Shown one piece after another: positions 38,490-48,034 of a DNA stretch of 64,000 nucleotides. This DNA comes from Candidatus Woesebacteria bacterium RIFCSPLOWO2_01_FULL_39_61 (lineage in GTDB: Bacteria > Patescibacteriota > Microgenomatia > UBA8517). Both the position numbers and the translations under genes were made by a program. Position 1 is the stretch's first letter. Each line of letters opens with the position of its first letter. The notes under the pieces were generated by a model. It made no database searches. It was given only the letters and a program-made list of their open reading frames with translations, and had not been told where the DNA came from. Where the stretch lies: positions 1,119 through 65,118 of the forward strand of contig MGHI01000039.1 in the NCBI GenBank assembly GCA_001793155.1, written 5' to 3'.

Positions 38490-39611
38490 ATGAAAGTAGC
38501 ATTGGTCCATGACTACATAAAAGAGTATGGGGGTGCCGAGAGGGTTTTGGAAGCTCTCCACGAAATTTGGCCGAACGCAGACGTTTATACATTGGTTTAT
38601 CTGCCGAAATTTCTGGGACCCCACAGGGAGAGATTTAAAAACTGGAATATTAAACCTTCAATTCTACAATACGTACCCCTAAAGGGAAAGCTTATTAGTA
38701 TGTTTCGGTTGATTGATCCATTGGTTTTTAAAATGATGGATTTATCGGATTATGACCTAATTATTGTTTCGGCTGCTGGTACGTATACAGGGGTAAATTC
38801 ATTCAAAAAGAGTAAAAAATCACTTCATATCTGCTATTGCCATACACCCCCAAGATACTTATACGGTTATGCCACAGCCAATAAGTGGACGACAAATTCA
38901 CTGAGAAGATTTTTATTAATTTTGGGGCAAATTCCGATACACTTTATAAGACTTTATAATTTTATCGATTCCCAAAAACCTGATTATTTTATTGCAAACT
39001 CAAAAGAAATTGTTGCAAGAATAAATAAATTCTATAGAAGAGATGCAACTGTAATTCATCCGCCGATTGATATTCCAAAAATTCTCAAAAGTACTCCAAT
39101 AAAGGACAGAAAATATTATTTGACCGGAGGAAGATTAGCTAGGGCTAAGAGATTTGACTTGGCAGTCGAAGCCTGTACAAGACTTAATTTACCCTTGAAA
39201 GTCTTTGGCCGTGAATTTGCTGGCTACGGTAAAGAATTAAAAAGTTTAGCTGGTCCGACAGTTGAGTTTTTAGGTGAAGTCTCCCAGGAGAAAAAATGGA
39301 GTCTTATCAAGAATGCAAAAGCCTATATTTCTCCTTCCTTACAGGAAGATTTCGGCATGCTCAATTTGGAAGTTAATGCTGGTGGGACTCCCGTTATTGC
39401 CTATAAATCAGGGGGTGTTTTGGAAACCATAATTGATGGCAAAACAGGAATTTTTTTCGATGAACCAAGTGTAGAGTCTGTCATTGCCGCAATAAAACAG
39501 TTTAACAGGATAAAGTGGGACAAAAAGAAACTTCAAGAAAACGCTAGGAAATTTTCAAAAGAACGGTTTGAAGACGAAATAAAAGAGTTTGTAAAAGCTA
39601 GAGTTCAATGA
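38490..39611 (+). CDS. GT4 glycosyltransferase
   Basis: HDY...GGAERV, HTPPRY and EDFG..xE motifs. Confidence 0.92.
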   Translation: MKVALVHDYIKEYGGAERVLEALHEIWPNADVYTLVYLPKFLGPHRERFKNWNIKPSILQYVPLKGKLISMFRLIDPLVFKMMDLSDYDLIIVSAAGTYTGVNSFKKSKKSLHICYCHTPPRYLYGYATANKWTTNSLRRFLLILGQIPIHFIRLYNFIDSQKPDYFIANSKEIVARINKFYRRDATVIHPPIDIPKILKSTPIKDRKYYLTGGRLARAKRFDLAVEACTRLNLPLKVFGREFAGYGKELKSLAGPTVEFLGEVSQEKKWSLIKNAKAYISPSLQEDFGMLNLEVNAGGTPVIAYKSGGVLETIIDGKTGIFFDEPSVESVIAAIKQFNRIKWDKKKLQENARKFSKERFEDEIKEFVKARVQ

Positions 39612-40291
39612 GATAGTCTCTCAAATACCTGCCCAATTTCATCAAAGTGCCAATTCATTCTGTCAGAGTCGGGGGGAGTTATGTGTGTGACCCTAGCAGA
39701 ACTATCAAAGTAAGCTGCATCTACGTTGCCATCTTCGTTTATCTTTGACCTTCCGACTTTGATATTCACGCTATTACTTCTAATTGTAAATTCGATCACT
39801 TCTTCGGTTACCTTTTTGGGGTCGTCTCTGCGGTGGATATACAGAGTTTTTGACGTCTTATATCTATCGTCTATTTGGTATCCTGGGAAACTTTCTTTTA
39901 TCCTTGGTTGCAGGTCTTGCTCAATAAACTTCTGCCCTTCCTCATACTCTTCTTGTAGATCTTTAAGAGTTGACAACACCGCATGAGTCCAATTACCTTC
40001 AGGACCAAGCTCTTCTTGTAATCTTTCAAAGATTTGGTCATATCCGCCCTCTCTGAGAGCGCTCTTTATAAAATCTCCGCGGTCGTTTCTTGCTGCACCA
40101 ACGTCGTTCAGGAGTTCTGAAACCAGAATTTCGGGTAATGGTTGTTGCCATTCTTCACTTTTATTAAGTCTTGCCGCGAAAGTATATCTTTCATTCTGAT
40201 ATTTTTTTTCGCCCTCTGGCGGGTTATAGTACACAGTATCAGCTATAAAAACTATTTCTCCTTCTCCTTCTGGTTTGATGAATTTTCTCAA
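39605..40291 (-). CDS. hypothetical protein (start uncertain)
   Basis: 228-aa ORF; reading frame stays open upstream to ~40394. Confidence 0.65.
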   Translation of the reverse strand: MRKFIKPEGEGEIVFIADTVYYNPPEGEKKYQNERYTFAARLNKSEEWQQPLPEILVSELLNDVGAARNDRGDFIKSALREGGYDQIFERLQEELGPEGNWTHAVLSTLKDLQEEYEEGQKFIEQDLQPRIKESFPGYQIDDRYKTSKTLYIHRRDDPKKVTEEVIEFTIRSNSVNIKVGRSKINEDGNVDAAYFDSSARVTHITPPDSDRMNWHFDEIGQVFERLSH

Positions 40292-40535
40292 TGTACCCCA
40301 ACTTGTTTCAGGATCATAAATAAACCCAAGTCTTTCGGCTAACCCCCTTGCACCCGTGATTTTAAAGGTTTTCGTTCGTCTGGCTGCAAAAATTCATTCA
40401 TGGTATCTAATTATATAATTGCCTTGCTAAATTTTGCACATCCGAAGCTAATACTTCCTATTTTCTTATTAGGCTCTTAAGGAATAAAATAGTCTCAGGC
40501 AAACTCCGATTTCATCGGAGGAGTGCACAAATTTT

Positions 40536-41471
40536 ATGCTCGAGAAAGTTCTGGAAGTCAACAATTTAAGCAAAAGCTTTGGCAAGACAAAAGCCGTCAA
40601 AAATATTTCCTTCCATATTAACGAGGGTGAGATTGTTGGACTTTTGGGACCCAATGGCGCCGGAAAGACTACAACTATTCAAATGCTTTTGGGTACTTTG
40701 ACTCCCACATCGGGGGATGCTTGGTATTTCGGAAAAAGTTTTAAAGATCACAGGGAAGAAATCTTACAAAAAGTTAACTTTTGTTCGAGTTACATAAGGC
40801 TTCCCTGGAGACTGACAGTATATGAGAATTTAGATGTTATCGCGAGGCTTTACGGAGTAAAAAATCGCAAAAGGCGAATCAAGAAACTTTTGGATGCCTT
40901 TGATATTTCCGAATTCGAAAAACGGCCGTTCGCCTCGCTCTCGGCAGGTCAGATAATGAGGGTAGTACTTGCAAAATCTTTTATAAATTACCCGAAAGTA
41001 ATTTTGTTGGATGAACCAACTGCAAGTTTGGATCCGGATATTGCCAAAAAAGTTCGTGACTTTCTGATACGAGAGCAAAAAGAGTTCCAGGTTTCAATGC
41101 TTTATACCTCACATAATATGGCGGAGGTAGAGAGATTGTGTGATAGAGTAATATTTTTAAATAAAGGAAAAATCCTCGCTGAAGATACACCGTTGGGTCT
41201 GGCAAATAAAATTGACATTTCAAGAGTCGACTTACTCATTAATAGAGATATCACCAAAGCCCAAGGAATTTGTGTGGAAAATAAGTGGAAGGCGAACATA
41301 TCGGATAACTTTTTAAAAGTAGAGTTGAAAGAAAAAGATATATCAAAATTACTTTCAACATTAGCAAAGTCAGGTATCGACTACAGCGAAATTAGTATAG
41401 ATAAACCGACTCTGGAGGACTTTTTCTTACAAGTTTCAAGTAAAGGCAAGTTGCCTCAAAAGGAGAAATAA
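40536..41471 (+). CDS. ABC transporter ATP-binding protein
   Basis: GPNGAGKT, LSAGQ and LLDEPT motifs. Confidence 0.95.
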   Translation: MLEKVLEVNNLSKSFGKTKAVKNISFHINEGEIVGLLGPNGAGKTTTIQMLLGTLTPTSGDAWYFGKSFKDHREEILQKVNFCSSYIRLPWRLTVYENLDVIARLYGVKNRKRRIKKLLDAFDISEFEKRPFASLSAGQIMRVVLAKSFINYPKVILLDEPTASLDPDIAKKVRDFLIREQKEFQVSMLYTSHNMAEVERLCDRVIFLNKGKILAEDTPLGLANKIDISRVDLLINRDITKAQGICVENKWKANISDNFLKVELKEKDISKLLSTLAKSGIDYSEISIDKPTLEDFFLQVSSKGKLPQKEK

Positions 41472-41472
41472 C

Positions 41473-42258
41473 ATGAACTGGAACGCCGTCAACGGTATAA
41501 TTTTTAGGCATTTATACAATTTTAAGCACAGCTGGGATAGACTGGCAGACTCCTTTTATTGGCCGGCAATGGATATTTTCCTTTGGGGTTTTACCAGCGT
41601 TTATATAGCCAAGCAGGCAGGCAGTATTCCCCAAATAATAGTGGTCTTGCTGTCTGGCCTAATTCTTTGGCAGGTTGTTTGGCGTGCGCAATATGAAATT
41701 TCGGTTAATCTTTTAGAGGAAATGTGGAATCAAAATATAGTCAACCTTTTTGCATCCCCCTTAAGAGTCCGAGAGTGGGTTGTCGGTGCGTTTATTTTGG
41801 GCCTTATTAAAATGTTCTTTTCAATTTCCTTCGCCACAATCTTGGCTTACATTTTCTACAAAGCGAACATCTTCAGCCTGGGATTTTACCTTATCCCTTT
41901 CATTATAAGTCTCATGATTACAGGTTGGTCGATAGGTCTTATTGTCTCGGGATTAATAGTGAATTTCGGTATGCGAATCCAAACTATAGCTTGGGGCGGA
42001 ATATTCTTGCTAGCCCCATTTTCGGCCGTTTATTATCCGATTTCTACGCTACCTTCCTGGGCGCAAAAGGTCGCAGCCTTTATTCCGACAAGTTATATCT
42101 TTGAAGGCATGAGAACTATCATATTCACCGGCAAAATGTCTGAAGACTTACTTATTAAAAGTTTTCTATTAAATGGACTCTTTTTATGTTTTGGAATTGT
42201 TACTTTCATACTAATGTTTAAAAAAAGCAAAGAAAAAGGTCTTGCCCGCTTAGAGTAA
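41473..42258 (+). CDS. ABC-2 type permease
   Basis: Six TM segments, YYPISTLP, coupled to the ATPase gene. Confidence 0.9.
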   Translation: MNWNAVNGIIFRHLYNFKHSWDRLADSFYWPAMDIFLWGFTSVYIAKQAGSIPQIIVVLLSGLILWQVVWRAQYEISVNLLEEMWNQNIVNLFASPLRVREWVVGAFILGLIKMFFSISFATILAYIFYKANIFSLGFYLIPFIISLMITGWSIGLIVSGLIVNFGMRIQTIAWGGIFLLAPFSAVYYPISTLPSWAQKVAAFIPTSYIFEGMRTIIFTGKMSEDLLIKSFLLNGLFLCFGIVTFILMFKKSKEKGLARLE

Positions 42259-42259
42259 T

Positions 42260-43147
42260 ATGCCGGAATTACCCGAAGTCGAGTCGATTAAATTGCAGCT
42301 TAGTAAATATGTTGTTGGCCATAAGATCGAAGCCGTTGATGTTCGAAACCAAAAGATTTTTCAAGGTAAAACCAGCGATGTCGTTGGTGCAAAAATTAAG
42401 GAAATCAGAAGATTTGCAAAGGTGTTATCGATCGATCTTTCCAATGGCAATTCTTTGGTCATTCATATTAAGTTGACGGGCCAGCTAATTTATCGAGGTC
42501 CGAATTTGTCGGTCAAAGGCCGATCGTCTTCTGGACGAAAAACTGTTCCGCCCCTTTCTAAAAAGGTGATGGGAGGAGTTCCTGGGCCTCACACCCACGT
42601 TATTTTTGATCTTGATGGGGGTGGATTTCTTTACTACAACGACATAAGACGGTTCGGTTGGGTAAAAGTTATAAAAACCAAGGACGTAGAGAAAACCGGT
42701 TTTATAGGTAAGTTGGGTCCTGAGCCTTTCAAAGATTTAACTCTCCAATATTTCGAAAAAGTTCTTTCTAAGACCGCGAGAACGATAAAAGTTGTTTTGA
42801 TGGATCAAGCTAAAATTGGTGGAGTCGGTAATATTTATGCTAATGATGCCCTCTGGCTATCCAAAATTAATCCAAAGACACCTGCAAGCCAGTTGAGCGA
42901 TAACGAAGTTAAGGATCTATATGACTCTATCCATAAAGTTTTAAAGGCCGGGATGAAATATGGAGGTGCGTCGGAACTTGCTTTTGTTACGCCTGATGGG
43001 GCCGAGGGGGAGTATCAAAAACACACTTTAGCATATGGCCGGGATGGTGAGCCTTGCGAAAGATGCCACAAAGCCAAAATTCAGAAATATTTCCTCTCCG
43101 GCCGCGGTACGTATTTTTGTCCTATATGTCAGATATATTTGAGTTAA
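42260..43147 (+). CDS. mutM: formamidopyrimidine-DNA glycosylase
   Basis: MPELPEV, GVGNIYA and C-terminal Zn finger. Confidence 0.96.
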   Translation: MPELPEVESIKLQLSKYVVGHKIEAVDVRNQKIFQGKTSDVVGAKIKEIRRFAKVLSIDLSNGNSLVIHIKLTGQLIYRGPNLSVKGRSSSGRKTVPPLSKKVMGGVPGPHTHVIFDLDGGGFLYYNDIRRFGWVKVIKTKDVEKTGFIGKLGPEPFKDLTLQYFEKVLSKTARTIKVVLMDQAKIGGVGNIYANDALWLSKINPKTPASQLSDNEVKDLYDSIHKVLKAGMKYGGASELAFVTPDGAEGEYQKHTLAYGRDGEPCERCHKAKIQKYFLSGRGTYFCPICQIYLS

Positions 43148-43554
43148 AATCAATTCCATTTGAGAAAAATTGTTATGCGTGAATACAAAAAGTATCGTAC
43201 CTGTGGTAGCTACCTTTTTACCCCAAGTGCCAGGTCTAAAAATTGACAATAAAAGGAAAAAACCACTGTTCCAAAGGAACCTATTTCTAATGTTCTCTGG
43301 GGTGTTAACTTCTGCACGTCTGTCAGATGACGTTTTAACATTAGACCGCTATGTCGGATCTTCTCAACGCACAAAGACGGAAAGACCCTTTCCCAAATAA
43401 GTTGTTAAGCCTTAGTGTAAACAGATTTTTATAAACCTTAAGAGACTCGATATATGTCTGATTTTTCTTTTCTGGGACGACAGCTTTGTTTTGGATACCT
43501 TCGAGCCTACGCTATTGCAAGATTATACTCGTTGGTTATAAAATTTTAATATAT

Positions 43555-43869
43555 ATGACAGACGTTTCTGTACTTTTGAATTATGTCGAGGCATCAGGTA
43601 TTGAAGATATTAGTTCTATATTAAATCAAGCGACAGAAAGATTCTCAAACGGGGAAATTAACCTCAGACAATACAAGGAAATATTGATGAGTATTGCTAA
43701 AAGAACTGATAAATTAGCCAAGGAAATTTATCAAAAACAAGAAACTGATCAAAACACGAGATTAATTGATATAGAAGAGTACAGGACACTTCTAGATATT
43801 TCTAGGGAATGCAGAGATGGACTAAGGCAAATAGTATTGATTAGGGGCTACGACGACAAGATTAAATAA
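43555..43869 (+). CDS. hypothetical protein
   Basis: Helical ORF preceded by TAAAAT. Confidence 0.55.
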   Translation: MTDVSVLLNYVEASGIEDISSILNQATERFSNGEINLRQYKEILMSIAKRTDKLAKEIYQKQETDQNTRLIDIEEYRTLLDISRECRDGLRQIVLIRGYDDKIK

Positions 43870-43901
43870 AAAACAACTTTTATTATTAACCCTTTGGTCT
43901 A

Positions 43902-45725
43902 ATGGAAGAAAGTAAAGAAGAATCTCGAAATCTACGTCAAATCGAAGCTCAGAGAATTATTTCTCCAGAATTGTCTTTTCCTTGGCAGCTGCCAGATAGA
44001 ATTGGTATAGCAACACCCCAAGGATTAAAAGAAACTTCAATAGGGAGCATATCTGGAGAGGAAATGACCCATAAAACTTCAGAGATCGTAACGTACGAAC
44101 TCAAATTCGATACAGAGCCTGGTGACGAACTTGCTACAATTGAGTTTGTGTTGAAAGGAGTAAGTGAAAAAGATTACACGGTAATAACTTCTGGCTGGCA
44201 TACATGGTCTGGAAAAGAAACAAGAGGCAAACAAGTAGGAATTTCTTCGGTTTCTGGAAGAACCAAAGGAGGAAGGAGCAATTTTGTAGTAGAACCCGGT
44301 ATGGGGGGTATTACCCCGAAAGGTGAAGGAACAAGTTACGGCTGGCTTAACTTTAGAAAGAACGATGGGAGTGAAAATATTGCGGTAGGGGTTATTCCGA
44401 GCCTTGATACGATTGAAGACATTAAGTTTAAGCAAGTTGATGAAGACATGGTTGTTACACTTAGAAAAAGGCTAGAGGGAGTAACCCAATCTAAAAAGAG
44501 AGAGATTAAAGTTTTTATGGGTCGTGGGAATTACGCTGATTTGACTGAGAAATTTGCACAAGAGCTTGAAAAATTAGTTGGAGAAGTTAAACCAATGAGA
44601 GACAGAAAGATTTGGTTTACTTGGGCGGCCTACGGAAAGTGGATAACTCAAAAAGAAGTTGAAGGGGAGATTCCAGTCGCAAAGGAGGTTGGTGTAGATA
44701 CGATTATTATAGACGACGGCTGGCAAAACCTTTCGGGTGACTGGGACATTAAACCTCAAAAATTTCCAGATATGACCGGGTTTATGGAAAAAATGAAAAG
44801 GGAGGGTATCAGACCTGGAATCTGGGTTGCGCCTTTTATGGTTATGCCTAATTCTGAATTTCATCGAGAACACCCTGATTGGTTAATGAAAGATAAGAAA
44901 GGAAGAGAGTTAACGGTTTCAAATCCCCAGATGCAGCCAACAGGAGCCGCGCTGCCTTTAGCCCAAAGAGCTTTTGGACTTGATGTTTCAATTCCTGAAG
45001 CTAGAGAATTTATACAAGAAAAACTGGTTCGTCTTTCGAAAGTGGGGTTTGATAGTTTTAAGTTAGACTTCATATCAATTCCCTTTATGGGACCTTTAAA
45101 ATACAAGGATAAGACATCTGTTGAGTATTACCGTCAGTTTTTTTTAGAGCTAAGGGAAAAAATTCGCGAACAAGCCCATAAGGATATTGAGTTGATTGGT
45201 TGTGGTGCACCTATGATGGAAAGTATTGGCCTTTTTGAGGGGATTAGGGTATCTCCAGATAGCGCTTGGCCGAATCTAGAGAGGATGCAGCTTCCTTATC
45301 TTAATAAAACCCTGGGCTCACTCTTAGAAAAGAAGCCTAAGATTGCGGAAGTTTTTGATAAAATCTTAAGGCGAATTGAAAATACTACCTATAGGGACGC
45401 TGCGGCGGTTGCGTTTAGAAGAGCACTAATTTTTGGGAAAGCACACGGGCTCATTCTTGACGGGATACACCTTAATGACCCGAAGATACATATAGACCCC
45501 GAAAGGAAAAAACGTTTATCGCTGGCTCTTCCAGCCTTAAAAAAGTTGGGTGCGATTAGTAATCTTTTTGTTGGTGATAGTTTAATAAGAGCCGGAGAAG
45601 GTGGGAGGAAAGAATGGGGAGCATTCTTGGATAGGTTTTCGAGAGGAGAGGTTGGAAATATAACTGAACCAATATTAAAAGTGGAAAGTGCGGTGGCCAG
45701 TTCAACCTCAGACGGTCAAGTGTAG
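43902..45725 (+). CDS. alpha-galactosidase-like glycoside hydrolase (GH36/GH27 clan)
   Basis: IDDGWQ, GIWVAPF, FKLDF and RVSPD motifs. Confidence 0.85.
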   Translation: MEESKEESRNLRQIEAQRIISPELSFPWQLPDRIGIATPQGLKETSIGSISGEEMTHKTSEIVTYELKFDTEPGDELATIEFVLKGVSEKDYTVITSGWHTWSGKETRGKQVGISSVSGRTKGGRSNFVVEPGMGGITPKGEGTSYGWLNFRKNDGSENIAVGVIPSLDTIEDIKFKQVDEDMVVTLRKRLEGVTQSKKREIKVFMGRGNYADLTEKFAQELEKLVGEVKPMRDRKIWFTWAAYGKWITQKEVEGEIPVAKEVGVDTIIIDDGWQNLSGDWDIKPQKFPDMTGFMEKMKREGIRPGIWVAPFMVMPNSEFHREHPDWLMKDKKGRELTVSNPQMQPTGAALPLAQRAFGLDVSIPEAREFIQEKLVRLSKVGFDSFKLDFISIPFMGPLKYKDKTSVEYYRQFFLELREKIREQAHKDIELIGCGAPMMESIGLFEGIRVSPDSAWPNLERMQLPYLNKTLGSLLEKKPKIAEVFDKILRRIENTTYRDAAAVAFRRALIFGKAHGLILDGIHLNDPKIHIDPERKKRLSLALPALKKLGAISNLFVGDSLIRAGEGGRKEWGAFLDRFSRGEVGNITEPILKVESAVASSTSDGQV

Positions 45726-45770
45726 GTAGAGACTCTTGCTTTGAAATAAAAAATTACGAACTTGTGAGTA

Positions 45771-46931
45771 GTGTCACAAAGTCAAGATTCAAAAATACTC
45801 TCTCTCTGGTCGCGGAACCTACTTATGTCCCTTATGTCAGAAATAGAGAAAGCAAGGAAAGCAACGATAGAAAGGTGTGTTGTTAATTTAAATCAAGAGA
45901 AAGTAAAAGTTGGGGATTTTATTTTAAATAAAAATTCAAAAGTAATTGTTGATGGGGAGATTAGAGATAGAGTGGTTTGGTCGGGGGATCTTTTTACTTC
46001 CGGTCCGGCAGCAGCTAAATACCTTAAAGATGGGCTTTTGTATTGGCGCAATTCACTTCTTCTTACTACCTCGAAAATTTACAAGAGCGGAAAACTCCCG
46101 GCCTGTGTTTCTCTAAAAGGAAAGTACAGATTTCTGTCTTACTTTTTTGACACTTACGGAATGTGGTGGATTATTTCTGCGGATGGTTATCTTAAAAGAA
46201 CAAAAGACAAGAAATTCAGGAAATTTTTCCGACAAATACTTTCTAGTGTGATTGGTTTTTATTTGAAGAATGTAGGAAAAAAACTTATTTATAAAACGGG
46301 AAGGATAAATTTCTATTCCAACTGGACAGTGTTTAGACCAAGAGAAAATGTTTTGACGAATGTTTTACTATTTAAGTGCCTGCAAATTTATGAAGACCAT
46401 GGTTTTCGATCACCCTTTAGTTTGAGCGACTATAAAAAGGCAATTAATCAAAGATTTTGGAACAGGAAAGAAAGTTTATATTTTGATAACGAGCAAAGAG
46501 GGCTGGCCTTTTTGGATGGAAATTCATTATGTCTTATGTTTAGTTTGGCTACGAAAAAAAGAAAAGTAAAGTTAATTGATTCTCTAAAAAAGTTTGACAC
46601 ACCTTTTGGGCCGAAAGCTTATATAGGTAATCCCAGGTCGATAACTTCATATCATAAAAATATTGTTTCACCCTTTATTGCATATGTTTATGCTCTTGCT
46701 CTAACGAGGGTCGGTCATCAAAAAAAGGCAAGGATAATAGTGCAAAAAACAATTCTATCCGGACTTAATTTATCAAAAAAGTTCGGACAAGTTACTATCC
46801 CAGAGTTTTGGAAAATCAACGGAGAATTAGGTGCAAGAGCGGTTACAAGCAATAGGTTTAAATATGGACGAAGTCTTTGTCATGCTTGGAGTACGTTTGG
46901 GGATTACATCATTTTTCCGAGTACAAGTTGA
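45771..46931 (+). CDS. six-hairpin glycosidase (alpha-L-rhamnosidase-like); start uncertain
   Basis: DGEIRDRVVWSGD, TIPEFW and SLCHAWS motifs. Confidence 0.78.
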   Translation: MSQSQDSKILSLWSRNLLMSLMSEIEKARKATIERCVVNLNQEKVKVGDFILNKNSKVIVDGEIRDRVVWSGDLFTSGPAAAKYLKDGLLYWRNSLLLTTSKIYKSGKLPACVSLKGKYRFLSYFFDTYGMWWIISADGYLKRTKDKKFRKFFRQILSSVIGFYLKNVGKKLIYKTGRINFYSNWTVFRPRENVLTNVLLFKCLQIYEDHGFRSPFSLSDYKKAINQRFWNRKESLYFDNEQRGLAFLDGNSLCLMFSLATKKRKVKLIDSLKKFDTPFGPKAYIGNPRSITSYHKNIVSPFIAYVYALALTRVGHQKKARIIVQKTILSGLNLSKKFGQVTIPEFWKINGELGARAVTSNRFKYGRSLCHAWSTFGDYIIFPSTS

Positions 46932-48009
46932 TTAGTCTTTCGGCGGTTTTATTGGTTGAGAAGTTTTGGGCGCTTTTGTAGGCATTCAAGGAAAGTTTAT
47001 AAAGGATTTTAGGATTTGAGAAAAGATATTCGATTTTATCTGCTATTAATTTGGGGTTTCCTTTTAATATAAATCCGGTTTTTCCGTCCTTAATTATTTC
47101 TTCCAGCCCCGAGTTTTTAAGTGCAATTACGGGTAATCCAGAACCCAGCGCTTCCAGTAAGGAAAGCGGCATAACTTCAGATTTCGATGCTGTTATAAAC
47201 AAATGTGCCGATTTATAAATATCGGGTAGAAGGTAACGATTTACTCCTCCTGTAAATAGAATATTTTCTGCAAGTCTGGATTTGTACGCCTTTTGATTAA
47301 GTGCGGCAAGTTGAGATCCCGAGCCTACGATAATGAACCTGAAATTAGGTAGGATCTTCTTTAGATCCTGCGTGACTTTTAAGAGAAATAGAGGATCTTT
47401 CTCCTTTTCAACCCTTCCTGTATAAACCAGAGTGGGTTGACTCAAGCTTTTTTTCTTGGGTTTTATTAAAAACTCCCGCTCGACGCCATTATACACAACC
47501 GTTGTATTAGGGATTCCATATTTTTTTAGACGAACTTCTGTCTTTTGGGAAGGGCATATGACCTTTTTGCAGCGTTTACCCAAGTTGATTAAATTTTTGA
47601 TAATTATTCTGGAAGTGAAGTCATAACCGTGGGGAAAATAGTAATTTAGATACTGCTCGTATTGGGTGTGGGCAGTAAAATATAAGGGGAGATTAAGTTT
47701 ATCTGCAAGCTGGGATGCATATTGGCCAATGATTAGTGGATGGTGAGTGTGAATTATATCGAGTTTTATTTTTTTAATTTTTGCGAAAAGTACTAAAGGG
47801 ATACCCAAAGGATAGCTTTTTACAAAGGGATTGGGAAGTGAGGGATAGCGAATAACATCTTTGTCGGTATCTTTATAACCGGGGAAAGTGGGGGCTAAAA
47901 TAAAAACCTTGTGACCCATTTTTCTTAAAGCCTTGGTGGTTGAGTTTATGTGATAGGTTACCCCATTTACAGTAGGTAAGTAGGTAGCTGTAACAAATAA
48001 GATTCTCAC
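46909..48009 (-). CDS. GT4 glycosyltransferase
   Basis: YLPTVNGV, HTQYEQY and SEVMPLSLLEA motifs. Confidence 0.9.
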   Translation of the reverse strand: MRILFVTATYLPTVNGVTYHINSTTKALRKMGHKVFILAPTFPGYKDTDKDVIRYPSLPNPFVKSYPLGIPLVLFAKIKKIKLDIIHTHHPLIIGQYASQLADKLNLPLYFTAHTQYEQYLNYYFPHGYDFTSRIIIKNLINLGKRCKKVICPSQKTEVRLKKYGIPNTTVVYNGVEREFLIKPKKKSLSQPTLVYTGRVEKEKDPLFLLKVTQDLKKILPNFRFIIVGSGSQLAALNQKAYKSRLAENILFTGGVNRYLLPDIYKSAHLFITASKSEVMPLSLLEALGSGLPVIALKNSGLEEIIKDGKTGFILKGNPKLIADKIEYLFSNPKILYKLSLNAYKSAQNFSTNKTAERLINLYSEK

Positions 48010-48034
48010 AAGGTGTATTATATACTTTTAACGG

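Noticed and set aside
43170-43400. short ORFs between mutM and the glycosidase island
   Set aside because: No recognisable motif and weak starts on both strands; possibly decayed sequence
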